Part shown: positions 1 through 9,837 of the stretch, in pieces
Numbering within the stretch: position 1 is the stretch's first letter
Layout of the letters: each line of letters begins with the position of its first letter
Translations under genes and position numbers: made by a program
The notes under the pieces: generated by a model
What the model saw: only the letters and a program-made list of their open reading frames with translations
The model's database searches: none
Told to the model about the DNA's origin: nothing
NCBI GenBank assembly: GCA_965206165.1
Contig: OZ242194.1
Location: 1,845,813-1,909,812, forward strand
Direction of reading: 5' to 3'
DNA length: 64,000 nt
DNA from: Acidimicrobiales bacterium
GTDB lineage: Bacteria; Actinomycetota; Acidimicrobiia; Acidimicrobiales; CATQHL01

Positions 1-2
1 CC

Positions 3-1016
3 GTTCGGGAGTTGATGGACACCGAGCGGGGCTATGACGAGGCCGTGTGGCGGCAGATGGCCGATCAGATGGGGTTGCAGGGCATCGCCATCGAGGAGCG
101 TCACGGTGGCGGGGGATTCACGTTCAGGGAGTTGGTGCTGGTGCTGGAGGAGATGGGCCGGGCGCTGCTGTGTGCTCCGTACTTCTCGACGGTGGTGCTG
201 GCGGCGGGCGCGCTGAGCCGCAGCGGCGACGAGGCGGCATGCGCGGAGCTGCTACCCGCCATCGCATCCGGCGACTGCATCGCCACGCTGGCCTTCGAGG
301 AGGACGATGCGCAGCCGACTGCGGCGGTGCCCGATGGGGCGGGCTGGCGGCTCAGGGGCGAGAAGAGTTACGTGCTCGACGGGCACGTGGCCGACGTCGT
401 GCTGGTGGCTGCACGGAGTCCGAAGGGGCTGGGCCTGTTCCGTTGCAGCGGTGACGCCGAGGGTCTGGGGCACGAACTGCTCCCGACGCTCGATCTGACG
501 CGCAAGCAGGCCCGGCTCACGTTCGCCGGCACCCCGGCAATTGCCGTCGGCAGACCCGGCAACGGAGCGGCCGTTCTGGACGGCGTACTGCAGCTGGCCG
601 CGGCGGCGCTGGCCGCGGAGCAGGTGGGGGGTATGCAGCGCTGCCTGGACATGGCCGTCGGCTACGCCAAGGAGCGCATGCAGTTCGGTCGGCCCATCGG
701 CAGCTTCCAGTCGATCAAGCACCGCTGTGCCGACCTGCTGCTGGACACCGAGACGGCCCGCTCGGCGGCGTACTACGCCGGCTGGTGCGCGGCGACCGGC
801 GACGACGACCTTCCGGTGGCGGCCGCCATGGCCAAGGCGCACTGCTCCGACGCCTACTTCCGGGCGGCCGCGGAGAACATCCAGATCCACGGCGGCATCG
901 GCTTCACCTGGGAACACCCGGCGCACCTCTACTTCAAGCGGGCGAAGAGCAGCCAGCTCATGTTCGGTGATCCTGCCCACCATCGGGAGCGGCTGGCGGA
1001 CATGGTGGGGCTCTGA
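3..1016 (+). CDS. Acyl-CoA dehydrogenase family protein (5' partial, runs off window start)
   Basis: Frame is open from window edge; ACAD motifs YAKERMQFGRPIGSFQSIKH and IQIHGGIGFTWEH. Confidence 0.93.
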   Translation, partial: VRELMDTERGYDEAVWRQMADQMGLQGIAIEERHGGGGFTFRELVLVLEEMGRALLCAPYFSTVVLAAGALSRSGDEAACAELLPAIASGDCIATLAFEEDDAQPTAAVPDGAGWRLRGEKSYVLDGHVADVVLVAARSPKGLGLFRCSGDAEGLGHELLPTLDLTRKQARLTFAGTPAIAVGRPGNGAAVLDGVLQLAAAALAAEQVGGMQRCLDMAVGYAKERMQFGRPIGSFQSIKHRCADLLLDTETARSAAYYAGWCAATGDDDLPVAAAMAKAHCSDAYFRAAAENIQIHGGIGFTWEHPAHLYFKRAKSSQLMFGDPAHHRERLADMVGL

Positions 1017-1079
1017 GCGGCCAGGTGCGGTCGGGGCGCCCGCACACCCGTCCATTCCACACGTGAGGGACCGGTAGCC

Positions 1080-1526
1080 GTGCTTTGGGTGTTCGTCGCC
1101 CTCGCCATCGTGGTGGTGATCGCGGTGGCCCGTTACACGGTGGCAGCGGTGAGCACCCGACTGGCCAACACCGAGGCGGTGGCGGTCTACGACCTCAGCG
1201 CGGCGACGGAGTTCGTGTACCGGGGTCTGCCGGCGGAGATCGGCGAGCGGGCGGGACCCGACAAGGTGGCGCTGCTGCTGGCGTGGCATCTCGATCACCT
1301 CCGCCGTCGGGGAGTGGCCGCGTTCGGGCGGGCCGACACCATGGCCGCCGGCGCCTCGCGCAACCCTCGCCGGAGCGAACCCGACGAGGCCCTCGACAGC
1401 TTGCTGCGCCGCGCCGCTGCCGAGGGCCTCGAACTCGATGCACTCGACGCGGTCGTGATCCTGGAAGTCAACGCGCAGTACCTGGCATCCATCGGCGCCG
1501 TCGGCGGGCAGGCGGACGAGGTCTAG
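1080..1526 (+). CDS. Hypothetical protein with N-terminal membrane anchor
   Basis: N-terminal hydrophobic helix MLWVFVALAIVVVIAV; fills the gap between flanking genes. Confidence 0.7.
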   Translation: MLWVFVALAIVVVIAVARYTVAAVSTRLANTEAVAVYDLSAATEFVYRGLPAEIGERAGPDKVALLLAWHLDHLRRRGVAAFGRADTMAAGASRNPRRSEPDEALDSLLRRAAAEGLELDALDAVVILEVNAQYLASIGAVGGQADEV

Positions 1527-2045
1527 CCGGTAACCGGTTCGGTCGCTCCTGAGCGAAGTGTGGCCTCGAGTTCTCGGAGGTAGCCGGCGAACGCTTCCAA
1601 CTCGTTGGTGCGCAGCCACCCAAGGCGGGTCAGCCAGCGGTCGAGGTGCTTGGCCATCAACCCGTCGATCAGGTCGTGACCCTCGGTGCTGAGCCGGGCC
1701 AGCATTCCCCGACGGTCGTCGGGATCGGGGACCCGCACGACCAGGCCCAGTTGTTCCAGGTGGTCGAGCCGCCCGGTCATTCCACCGGAGGTGAGCATCA
1801 CCGTCTCGGCAAGGTCGCTTGGCCTGGCCTGGAACGGGGCGCCCAGCCGCCGAAGAGCCGCCAGCACGTCGAAGAGTCCCAATGTGAGTCCGTAAGGGCG
1901 CAGGAACTCGGCCATCGCCTGCTCGAAGAGGCGGTCGATGCGCGAGATCCGCCCGAAGATGCCGATGGGAGTGGCATCGAGATCGGAGATCGGGCCGCTC
2001 ACGCGCCCATTGCTCGAGTATCGAATCGACGTGGTCGGCGGTCAC
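1523..2045 (-). pseudogene. MarR-family (UrtR/TamR/PecS-like) regulator, frameshifted by a 7-bp tandem duplication
   Basis: GTG at 2045 overlaps the upstream stop and gives MTADHVDSILEQWARERPDL. Duplicated GAGATCG (1979-1985/1986-1992) shifts the frame. Removing one copy joins it to DATPIGIFGRISR...FDVLAALRR...TSGGMTGRLDHLEQLGLVVRVPDPDDRR. Confidence 0.85.
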
Positions 2046-4396
2046 CGGAGATCCTCGAGTGCGCTGTTCCTGCCCCCGTGCAACTGCTCGAACAGGCGCC
2101 GGGGGGTCACCGGCACACGATCGACGCGGGCGCCGAGGCCGGCGAGAGCATCCTCGATCGCATTGGCGATTGCAGCCGGAGGCGAGATCGCTCCGGCCTC
2201 ACCCACACCCTTGATTCCCAGCGGGTTGAGCGGAGACGGGGTTTCCAGGTGGGCCACCGCCAGGGTCGGCACGCCGGTGGCGTCGGGGACCAGGTAGTCC
2301 AGCAGCGTCGGGTTGAGGGGCTGGCCGTCGTCGTCGTAGACCACCTCCTCGAACAGCGCCGCTCCGACGCCCTGGGCGACCCCTCCGGCGATCTGCCCGT
2401 CCACGATCACCGGTGACAGGAGCGGGCCGCAGTCGTGTACCACTACGTAGTCGAGCAACTCCACCTCGCCTGTCGCCTCGTCGACGGCCACCCGGGCGAC
2501 GTGGGTGCCGCTGGCGAACGTGACGGTCGGCGGTTCGAAGCAGACCATCTCCTCGAGGTCGGCAGCGTCGTGTCCGGCGAACGCACCCCCGGGGGCGAAC
2601 CCTGCCGCGACGTCGGCAAGATCCATGTGCGCTGACGGCGTACCGGTCACTTCCACGATGCCGTCGCGGATCCGCAGATCGCCGGGCGAGACCTCCCAGT
2701 GCTCGGCGAGCGCCTCCAGGATTCGATCCCGCACGGCGCAGGCCGCCTGAAAGATGGCGCTGCCGGCCACCACCGCGCTGCGACTGGCCAGGGTTCCCCA
2801 TCCGTACGGCACGGCTGCGGTGTCTCCGCCGGTGATCGTCACCCTGTCGGGGTCGATGCCCAAGGCCCGCGCGCACACCTCGGCGAAGACGGTCTCGTGT
2901 CCTTGACCCTGGGAGCATGCCCCGGTCGCAACCTCAACGTGGCCGGTCTCGTCCATCCGCACCAGCGCGCTCTCGAACGGTCCGACGCCGGTTCCCTCGA
3001 CGTACGTGGAGACCCCGACGCCGAACCTGCGGCCGCTGCCATCGGAGGTGCCGCCGCGACGGACAGATGACAGATCGACCATCGACAGGGCGGTGTCGTA
3101 GCAGGCGAGAAAGTCGCCACTGTCGTATTGCATCGGCGTCCCGTCCCGGTAGTTGATGCCGACCGCGTAGGGCATCTCGTCGGCGCCGATGAGGTTGCGG
3201 CGGCGGACTTCGAAGGGGTCGAGACCGGCCTCCCGGGCGGTGGCGTCGAGGATGCGGTCCATGGCGAACACCGCCTCGGGGCGCCCCGCACCCCGGTACG
3301 GCGACAGCGGCGCCTTGTTGGTGACCACGGCCGTGGCCTCGACGTCGAGAGCAGGCACCCGGTAGCAGCCGCAGAGATGGGCGAGGGTGTTGTACGGCTG
3401 CACCACGCCCAGCGGGTTGGCGGCGCCGCAGTCCACGAGGATGCGATCCCGGAGCCCGAGGATGCGCCCGTCGGCTGCCAGAGCCAGTTCGATGTCGTGG
3501 GTTTGGTCGCGCGACTGGATGGCGGCGATTCCGTGCTCGCGCCGCTGCTCGACCCACTTCAACGGAACGCCCAGTTCGAGCGCCAGCAACGCCACGACGA
3601 ACTCCTCGGCGTAGGGCAGGGCCTTGACGCCGAACCCGCCACCCACGTCGGGGGCAACCACCCGGATCCGGTGCGCCGGTCGCCCGAGTGCCTTGGCCAG
3701 CGCCGACCGGAGCGGATGGGGGACCTGGGTGCTGCTCCATACCGTGAGGAGGTCGGTGCGATGATCGTGGCAGGCCACCACACCGCGCGGCTCCATGGGA
3801 TGGCAGGCGAGCCTTCCGGAGTGCAACCGGCGCCGGCCGACGTGGGCGGCTTCGGCGAACGCCGCCTCGATGTCGCCGAAACCCGCGGCGATGCGCAGCG
3901 AGCGATTATCGGGCCAGTGGTCGTAGAGGAGGGGAGCACCCGGGGCCAGGGCCGCCGCGGGATCGGCCACGGCCGGCAGCGGTTCCAGGTCGGCGACCAC
4001 CCGCTCGGCAGCGTCAGCGGCGGCGTACGGGTTGCCGGCGACGATCACGGCGAGTGGATCGCCCACGTGCCGGACGCGATCGGTCGCCAGCAGCGGCCTG
4101 TCCTCGTGGCGCACGAAGACGCGGTTGTCGCCGAGGGCGCGCATCAATCGTTCCTCGAAGACACCGCCGTCGGCCTCGTTGGGTGCCGTGGCGGCGAGCC
4201 GCCCGGCGAGGTCGCGGCCGCACCAGCCGCTGACACCGCGGGGGATGTCCACGCCGATGACGGTCCCGTGCGCGACATGGCTGCGCACGAAGGCCACGTG
4301 GCGCATGCCCGGCAGGTCGATGTCGGCCACGAAGCACCCGTTGCCCCGCAGCAGGCGGGCATCCTCGCGCCGTCCGGCCCAAGCGCCGCTCGCCAT
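2042..4396 (-). CDS. Xanthine dehydrogenase/CoxL-like molybdopterin-binding large subunit
   Basis: RREDARLLRG, DVGGGFGVK, PYRGAGRPE, SQGQGHET, GIKGVGEAG; lacks the AYRCSFR motif of form I CODH. Confidence 0.92.
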   Translation of the reverse strand: MASGAWAGRREDARLLRGNGCFVADIDLPGMRHVAFVRSHVAHGTVIGVDIPRGVSGWCGRDLAGRLAATAPNEADGGVFEERLMRALGDNRVFVRHEDRPLLATDRVRHVGDPLAVIVAGNPYAAADAAERVVADLEPLPAVADPAAALAPGAPLLYDHWPDNRSLRIAAGFGDIEAAFAEAAHVGRRRLHSGRLACHPMEPRGVVACHDHRTDLLTVWSSTQVPHPLRSALAKALGRPAHRIRVVAPDVGGGFGVKALPYAEEFVVALLALELGVPLKWVEQRREHGIAAIQSRDQTHDIELALAADGRILGLRDRILVDCGAANPLGVVQPYNTLAHLCGCYRVPALDVEATAVVTNKAPLSPYRGAGRPEAVFAMDRILDATAREAGLDPFEVRRRNLIGADEMPYAVGINYRDGTPMQYDSGDFLACYDTALSMVDLSSVRRGGTSDGSGRRFGVGVSTYVEGTGVGPFESALVRMDETGHVEVATGACSQGQGHETVFAEVCARALGIDPDRVTITGGDTAAVPYGWGTLASRSAVVAGSAIFQAACAVRDRILEALAEHWEVSPGDLRIRDGIVEVTGTPSAHMDLADVAAGFAPGGAFAGHDAADLEEMVCFEPPTVTFASGTHVARVAVDEATGEVELLDYVVVHDCGPLLSPVIVDGQIAGGVAQGVGAALFEEVVYDDDGQPLNPTLLDYLVPDATGVPTLAVAHLETPSPLNPLGIKGVGEAGAISPPAAIANAIEDALAGLGARVDRVPVTPRRLFEQLHGGRNSALEDLR

Positions 4397-4430
4397 AGTC
4401 AGGCCACTTCCATGGCCCAGTCGTCCCGCC

Positions 4431-4904
4431 TCACGGCGCCTCCCGGTAGATCGGGCCGCGAGCCATCACCGGGTCCAGCAGTCCCTCCGCCACCCAGGCG
4501 GTATACGCGAAGGGGTCGTAGGTCTTGGCCACCTGTCCGGGATAGCCGATGCGCTCCCGGACCAGGGGGCACAGGTAGTAGCACGCTGCCACGACGGTCG
4601 TGAGAGCTACGTAGGCCGGCTCGTCGGTGCCGTGGTAGGCAGCTAGCTGCTCGGCAGTGAAAGTCTCCGGATCGAGTGCGGCCACCGCTCGTTGCAGGGG
4701 TTCGCGCAGGTCGTCCCGCCACGTCAGAACGTCATCCATGTGCGAGGCGATCGCGGCCACGTCACCTGCCGATGGCATCCCGTGGGCGGCCGGAAGCATC
4801 ACGTCGGCCAGCCGGGCGAGGCGGGAGGTGTCGATGGCCCCCGCGCCGCCCCCGGCCGAGCCGGTCGCGTCCACTCCCGCAGCGCTCCCGCAAGCGGACG
4901 TCAT
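4431..4904 (-). CDS. Small partner subunit of GMC oxidoreductase (gluconate 2-dehydrogenase subunit 3-like)
   Basis: ATG at 4904 overlaps the GMC stop (ATGA); LADVMLPAAHGMPSA and YYLCPLVRERIGYPGQ are typical of GMC-associated small subunits. Confidence 0.72.
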   Translation of the reverse strand: MTSACGSAAGVDATGSAGGGAGAIDTSRLARLADVMLPAAHGMPSAGDVAAIASHMDDVLTWRDDLREPLQRAVAALDPETFTAEQLAAYHGTDEPAYVALTTVVAACYYLCPLVRERIGYPGQVAKTYDPFAYTAWVAEGLLDPVMARGPIYREAP

Positions 4905-6511
4905 ACCGCCACCTTCTGGCTCCGGCGGCTGCGCACCAGCAGGTCGGCGGTTCGTAGCGCCAGCGCGGTGATCGTGCACGTCGGGTTCACCCCCGAACTG
5001 GTTACGAACACGCTGCCGTCCAGTACGTACAGGTTGGCAACATCGTGCGACTGCTGGTGGGCGCTGACGACGGACGTTGTGGGGTCGTCGCCCATGCGGG
5101 CGGTGCCCATCAAGTGCCAGCCTGAGTACGGGATCATGCTCGCGGTACCGATCTCGCTGCACCCGGAGGCCTCCAATGACTCCGCCGCCCGGGCCTCGTG
5201 AAACGCCATCAGGCGCCGCGAGTGCTCGGAGATGCGGTAGTGCACCCGTGGGATCGGGATGCCGTCGCCGTCGGTGCGATCGGGGTCCAGTTCGACGCGA
5301 TTCGACTCCTCGGGGAGATCCTCGCCGAAGATGGCCCAACTGGCGCCGCGCCCGAAGATCCGTCCCATGCGGGCATGGTGGTCGGCCCCCCAGACCTCGT
5401 TGCCCGCGCGCATCGGGAGAATGTGGTTGAGGGGGCCGCCGACGGGCGAAAGAGCCCACTTGGCCCCGCGCAGGAAGCCACGGTCCGGGTCGCTCTCGTA
5501 GAACTGGTAGGTGGTGATGCTGGCTCCGAACTGGCCCTGCCAACCCTCCACACCGTCGTCCCACCAGCCGGTCACCACCGAGAAGGGGTGCATCATCAGC
5601 CGGCGTCCCACCAGGCCGCTGGAGTTAGCCAGACCGTCGGGGCAGTGGCGGTCGTCGGCGGAGAGCAGCAGCAGGCGGGCAGTGCCGATGGCGTTCGCCG
5701 CCAGCAGAACCACGTCAGCCCGCTGGTGCTGCTCAACCCCGTCGCGGTCCAGCCACGTGGCGCCCGTGGCCAGCCCCCCGGCGCCCACGGTGATGCGGTT
5801 GACTCGCGCCCCGGTGATCAGCCGGGCGCCGGCGGCAATCGCCCGGGGCCAGTGGGTCAGGTCGGTCGAGGCCTTGGCTCCCTCAGCGCAGCCCGACGTG
5901 CAGACGCCGCGCTGGACACACGGCCGCCGACCGTCGTAAGGCGCGGACAGGATGGCGTTCGGCTCCGGCCACCAGTGCCACCCCAGCCTGTTGTGGCCCT
6001 CTGCCACACGGCGCCCGGCGATACCCAGCGGGAGCGGCGGCACGGGGTAATCGGCGTGCGGCGGGTAGGCAGGATCGCCCGCCAGCCCCGACACACCGAT
6101 CTGCCGGTCGATGGCGTCGTAGTACGGCACCAGCTCGCCGTAGGAGAGCGGCCAGTCGTCCGCCAGCCCATCCAGGGTGCGCGCCCGCAGATCCGAGGGC
6201 AGCATCCGGGGCCAGGTGGCGTTGTAGATGATCATGCTTCCGCCCACCGCGTTGTACATGAGCGGTTCGATGTCGGAGTCGGCGTGGTTGACGGGATAGT
6301 CCTCGGGCAGACACCGCACGTTGGGACTCAGCGCCCAGCGCCGGCGGATCGCCAGTTCCCAGTCCGGCCGGGTGCCGGGGAAAGCCGACCGATCGGGCCA
6401 GTCGCCCTGCTCGAGGCACACGACGTCGAAGCCGTGCTCGGCGAGGTGACGCGCCGCTACCCCGCCGGATGCCCCGGCGCCGATGATCAGGGCGTCGGCC
6501 CGATCGGTCAC
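4901..6511 (-). CDS. GMC family FAD oxidoreductase
   Basis: IIGAGASGG FAD motif, CVQRGVCTSGC Cys cluster, HLMGTARMG, NPTCTITALA. Confidence 0.93.
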   Translation of the reverse strand: MTDRADALIIGAGASGGVAARHLAEHGFDVVCLEQGDWPDRSAFPGTRPDWELAIRRRWALSPNVRCLPEDYPVNHADSDIEPLMYNAVGGSMIIYNATWPRMLPSDLRARTLDGLADDWPLSYGELVPYYDAIDRQIGVSGLAGDPAYPPHADYPVPPLPLGIAGRRVAEGHNRLGWHWWPEPNAILSAPYDGRRPCVQRGVCTSGCAEGAKASTDLTHWPRAIAAGARLITGARVNRITVGAGGLATGATWLDRDGVEQHQRADVVLLAANAIGTARLLLLSADDRHCPDGLANSSGLVGRRLMMHPFSVVTGWWDDGVEGWQGQFGASITTYQFYESDPDRGFLRGAKWALSPVGGPLNHILPMRAGNEVWGADHHARMGRIFGRGASWAIFGEDLPEESNRVELDPDRTDGDGIPIPRVHYRISEHSRRLMAFHEARAAESLEASGCSEIGTASMIPYSGWHLMGTARMGDDPTTSVVSAHQQSHDVANLYVLDGSVFVTSSGVNPTCTITALALRTADLLVRSRRSQKVAV

Positions 6512-6590
6512 TTGCTTCGCGGGACCGCTAGTGCAGGTCGTCGTTGGTCATGCCCTCGGTCGACCCGGCATCCGCGACTGGACTCCGCGT

Positions 6591-7343
6591 TCACAATCGG
6601 GCCTCACGGTGCGCTGCGATTCCGGCGACCACCTGATCCACGAGTGCATCCAGGTACCGCTCACCGGCGGTGGCGTTGGCGCCCCGCGGGTCGCCGATGA
6701 TCCCGACCGGCGAGAGGGCGGCCATTCCCTCCGAGCGCAGGATGGCGCTCGCCTCGGTGGCCGGGCCGACGTGTCCAGGGACCGCCGCGGCCATGTCAAC
6801 GGTCTCGGGGGCGATGGCGAGCAGGATGCTGGTTTCGAAGTGTCCGGCGTGGGTTCCGACCGTCTCGCGATCGAGCCCGCAGTACTCCTCGGCGACACGG
6901 TGGACCGCGTCGCGCTGCGCCGGCCAGTCGTCGAACGCCACAACACGGCGGCGTTCGACGAGTGGGAGAGAGGCGACGGCGTCAGCCATCGCCCCGACGT
7001 TGCCAGCGTGACCGGTCACGAGGTACGCGGATCCGAATCCGTGGCTGAGAAGGGTGCGGGTCGTCTCCGTGAGCACGTCGGCGAGGGTTCGCCGCGCCAG
7101 GCTGGCGGTACCGGGAAACGTCAGGTGGTGGGACGATGCGCCCACCGCCTGGCACGGGGCCACGACGCACCGACCTGCGCGATCGGCGGCGCGGGATGCC
7201 ACCACGTCGGCGATGCGCCTGTCGGTGTCGAGCGGGAGGTGGGGTCCGTGCTGTTCGAGTGCGCCGAGTGGCACGATCACGTCCAGTGGGCCCTCGTCGA
7301 GGCGCTCCCGAAGTGCCGTCCACGTCATCGACCCGAGGTGCAT
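6591..7343 (-). CDS. Creatininase/creatinine amidohydrolase family protein (MftE-like fold)
   Basis: PLGALEQHGPHLPLDTD, GHAGN, HAGHFETS, GIIGDP. Confidence 0.9.
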   Translation of the reverse strand: MHLGSMTWTALRERLDEGPLDVIVPLGALEQHGPHLPLDTDRRIADVVASRAADRAGRCVVAPCQAVGASSHHLTFPGTASLARRTLADVLTETTRTLLSHGFGSAYLVTGHAGNVGAMADAVASLPLVERRRVVAFDDWPAQRDAVHRVAEEYCGLDRETVGTHAGHFETSILLAIAPETVDMAAAVPGHVGPATEASAILRSEGMAALSPVGIIGDPRGANATAGERYLDALVDQVVAGIAAHREARL

Positions 7344-7463
7344 GGCCCGCCTGATCAGGGTCTTTTGCCGGTGGCCGGGGTGGCCGGGGTGGCCGGCCGT
7401 GCCGAGAACCGAGCAGGTGCGACCTGCGGCTGGGTCGCGTCCCGCTCTGAGACGCCGGTCAGA

Positions 7464-7943
7464 TCAGAGCGCATCGAGTTCGGGATCGAGATAGGCGGGC
7501 TTCTGCGGGCGCCCAACGCCGATGACGACCTGCACGAGGGCATCGGTGTCAGTGTGGTTGCGCAGGCCGTGCATGATGCCTGCCGGGCTGTGGATCATCT
7601 CCCGCTCCCGAAGGACCGTCTCGAGGATCCGGCCGTCGTCCGCTTCCCACCAGGCGGTCAACTCGCCCTTGACGACGAAGAACACCTCCTCCACCTCGTG
7701 GGCGTGGGAGGGGGCCTCGACGCCGGGGGGCATCATCATCACCGAGAGCGTGAAGTGGTCGGCCGTGATCGTGCCCGGCTCGATGTGCTTGCCGGTGATG
7801 CTGGCCCCCACCATGCGCACGTGAGCTCGCCGGTACCTCTCCTTGAGGTCCCCCTGCTTGGCGAAGGGCTGCCAGTCGAGCTCCTTGGCTCCGTACCGCT
7901 GGATGTGCTCGTGAAACTCCGCCTCGGTGAACTCGCTGGCCAT
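7464..7943 (-). CDS. Cupin domain protein
   Basis: PSHAHEVEEVFFVVKG and PAGIMHGLRN cupin motifs; GGAG upstream of ATG 7943. Confidence 0.88.
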   Translation of the reverse strand: MASEFTEAEFHEHIQRYGAKELDWQPFAKQGDLKERYRRAHVRMVGASITGKHIEPGTITADHFTLSVMMMPPGVEAPSHAHEVEEVFFVVKGELTAWWEADDGRILETVLREREMIHSPAGIMHGLRNHTDTDALVQVVIGVGRPQKPAYLDPELDAL

Positions 7944-7996
7944 CGCCACTCTCCATCCGGCCCGGCTCCCCGCAGCGGGGATGCTTCGATAGCAAG

Positions 7997-8014
7997 TATC
8001 TTAGAACAAAGTTT
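7997..8014. promoter_or_regulatory. Putative UrtR/MarR operator (CTT-N6-AAG) overlapping a TAAGAT -10 of the minus-strand operon
   Basis: TATCTTAGAACAAAGTTT is an AT-rich imperfect palindrome upstream of the operon that ends in the UrtR-type gene. Confidence 0.5.
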
Positions 8015-8125
8015 CTCGCCGCCTAATCACTCCGACCGGCTCGCATCGACACGACGTTTAAGCGGGGAGTTCGGTAGGGCGATCCATGGCAGCGAACCCG
8101 TGCAATCCCCTTTAGCATCGTCGGC

Positions 8126-8350
8126 GTGTACCGCCCCAAGGGAGTGGCCGACCACCGCTACGTCGGCGACAAGCGCACGGGTGCCGTCTACGACCTCGAT
8201 GCGGTCTCCGGCGATGATGCGCCGCCGCCGGCCACGGGGACACCTCGAGCGGTCATCGACGAGTTGGTGGCGTCGGGACGGTACCTGTGCTTCGCGCCCG
8301 ACACCCTGGCCGAGGCGCGCAACCGCGGCTACCGCCTCCGGGGCGGGTGA
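8126..8350 (+). CDS. Small hypothetical protein
   Basis: TAGCAT-N7-GTG leaderless-type start; abuts the next gene; FAPDTLAEARNRGY. Confidence 0.7.
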   Translation: MYRPKGVADHRYVGDKRTGAVYDLDAVSGDDAPPPATGTPRAVIDELVASGRYLCFAPDTLAEARNRGYRLRGG

Positions 8351-9172
8351 GTGGAGGAGATCCCCTCAGGCCCACTGACGCTGTCGGGCTATCTCGCCCG
8401 GCCGCTTCGCTCCGACGGCGAGGTGCTGCGGGCTCCGAGGCCCGCCGTCGTTTTCTGTCACGGCCTGCCGGCGGCGCCCGGCGGGGCTGCCACTGCCGGA
8501 CGGTCGTATCACGTTCTGGCCGACCGCCTCGCCGCCGAAATGGGTTGGTCGGCGCTGGTGCTCAACTACCGCGGCTGCGGGGAGTCCGAGGGCGACTTCT
8601 CCCTGCTCGGATGGGTGGAGGATGTGCGCGCCGCGGTCGACCACGTCTCGGAACGAACCCGCACCACCGGGGTCTGGGTAGCCGGCTTCGGCACGGGGGG
8701 AGCTGTGGGGATGCGCGCCGCAGCGGACAGCCCGACGGTGCGGGGAGTGGTGTCGGTGGGGGCGCCGGTGGATTTCGGCGAATGGGCTGCCAATTCCGAC
8801 CGCCTGCTGCGCCACTCCCGCGACACGGGCGTGGTGCGCAGTGACACGTTCCCCGCCAACCGCCAAGCGTGGCGCGACCAGTTCGCGGGATTCAGCTCGA
8901 CCGATGCAGCCGACCGGTTGGCGCCGCGCCCGCTCATGGTCGTGCACGGCTCCGACGACGAACTCGTGTCGTCGCTGGACGCCCGCGCCATCGCCGATGC
9001 TCACGGCGCCGCCGATCTGCGCATCATCGCTTCCGGGGGCCACCGCCTGCGCTACGACCCGCGCTGCATCTCCCTGGTGCTGGGCTGGCTCGACCGCCAC
9101 GGCCACGACACGGCACCGGAGACGTCGACCGCCGGTGAGGAATCGCTAACGGAGACCCCGACCGCTCCTTGA
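8351..9172 (+). CDS. Alpha/beta hydrolase fold protein
   Basis: VVFCHGLP, NYRGCGESEG, GFGTGG (nucleophile elbow lacks Ser), VVHGSDDELV. Confidence 0.85.
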   Translation: MEEIPSGPLTLSGYLARPLRSDGEVLRAPRPAVVFCHGLPAAPGGAATAGRSYHVLADRLAAEMGWSALVLNYRGCGESEGDFSLLGWVEDVRAAVDHVSERTRTTGVWVAGFGTGGAVGMRAAADSPTVRGVVSVGAPVDFGEWAANSDRLLRHSRDTGVVRSDTFPANRQAWRDQFAGFSSTDAADRLAPRPLMVVHGSDDELVSSLDARAIADAHGAADLRIIASGGHRLRYDPRCISLVLGWLDRHGHDTAPETSTAGEESLTETPTAP

Positions 9173-9185
9173 GCCGGCTGGGCGG

Positions 9186-9812
9186 TCAGTTCGAGAAGGC
9201 GATCGCCCCGACGAAGAAGAGCATGACGAAGACGATGAACACGATGCCGATCAGGCTGATGCACAGCCCCGCGATGGCGAGTCCCTTGTAGGGCAGCCCC
9301 AGCCGCCTCGCCCGGCTAAGGCCGATCGAGGACAAGGTCACCGCCGCGGCCCAGAGGACGACGTTCACGAAGGGGATCGGGATCCACATCGTGATCGAGC
9401 AGACGAACCCGGCAATCGCCATCGGGTTGCGCTTGTCGCCGCGTGCCGAGGTCGCCCCTGACGTACCGACGCTCGTGGAGTCATCGGCGGGCTGCTCCTC
9501 CCAGACCGATGGTGCCTCCTCGCCGCCCGCGTCGCTTTGCCAGGGGAACTCTCCTGGCGGGTGGGGTTCCGGGGATTCGAGATCGGGCGGCGGCTCCTGC
9601 CGGTCAGGCGAGGATCTGGTCGGCGCGGCCATCTCCGGGGGGTCGGGATCGGGCGAGGGCTCCCGCCACTCGGGTGCGGGATCGCCGGCCTCGGCGGGAT
9701 CGCTCGCGGGATCGTCCCACGGGAACCGGCGTCGCTCGGAGGACTCCGGATCGGCACCTCTCGGCTCATCGCGGTCATACCGGCGCTTGTCGCGGTTGTA
9801 GCGGCCCATCAC
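9186..9812 (-). CDS. DUF4190-like membrane protein with Pro/Glu-rich N-terminus
   Basis: NPMAIAGFVCSI...GLAIAGLCIS two-TM C-terminal domain; GGAGG RBS. Confidence 0.75.
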   Translation of the reverse strand: MMGRYNRDKRRYDRDEPRGADPESSERRRFPWDDPASDPAEAGDPAPEWREPSPDPDPPEMAAPTRSSPDRQEPPPDLESPEPHPPGEFPWQSDAGGEEAPSVWEEQPADDSTSVGTSGATSARGDKRNPMAIAGFVCSITMWIPIPFVNVVLWAAAVTLSSIGLSRARRLGLPYKGLAIAGLCISLIGIVFIVFVMLFFVGAIAFSN

Positions 9813-9837
9813 ACCTCCCGATTCGCCGGCGAGCGGT

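Noticed and set aside
2042-4396. Aerobic CO dehydrogenase form I
   Set aside because: Active-site loop is PYRGAGR, not AYRCSFR; no coxM/coxS.
6528-6551. Mini-ORF MTNDDLH with an RBS-like GAGGG
   Set aside because: Could be a deletion scar, but it is too short to support.
6591-7343. Mycofactocin cluster (mftE)
   Set aside because: No mftA precursor, mftB, radical SAM mftC or mftD nearby.
7370-7396. GGTGGCCGG x3 tandem repeat
   Set aside because: Short GC-rich repeat with no functional cue.
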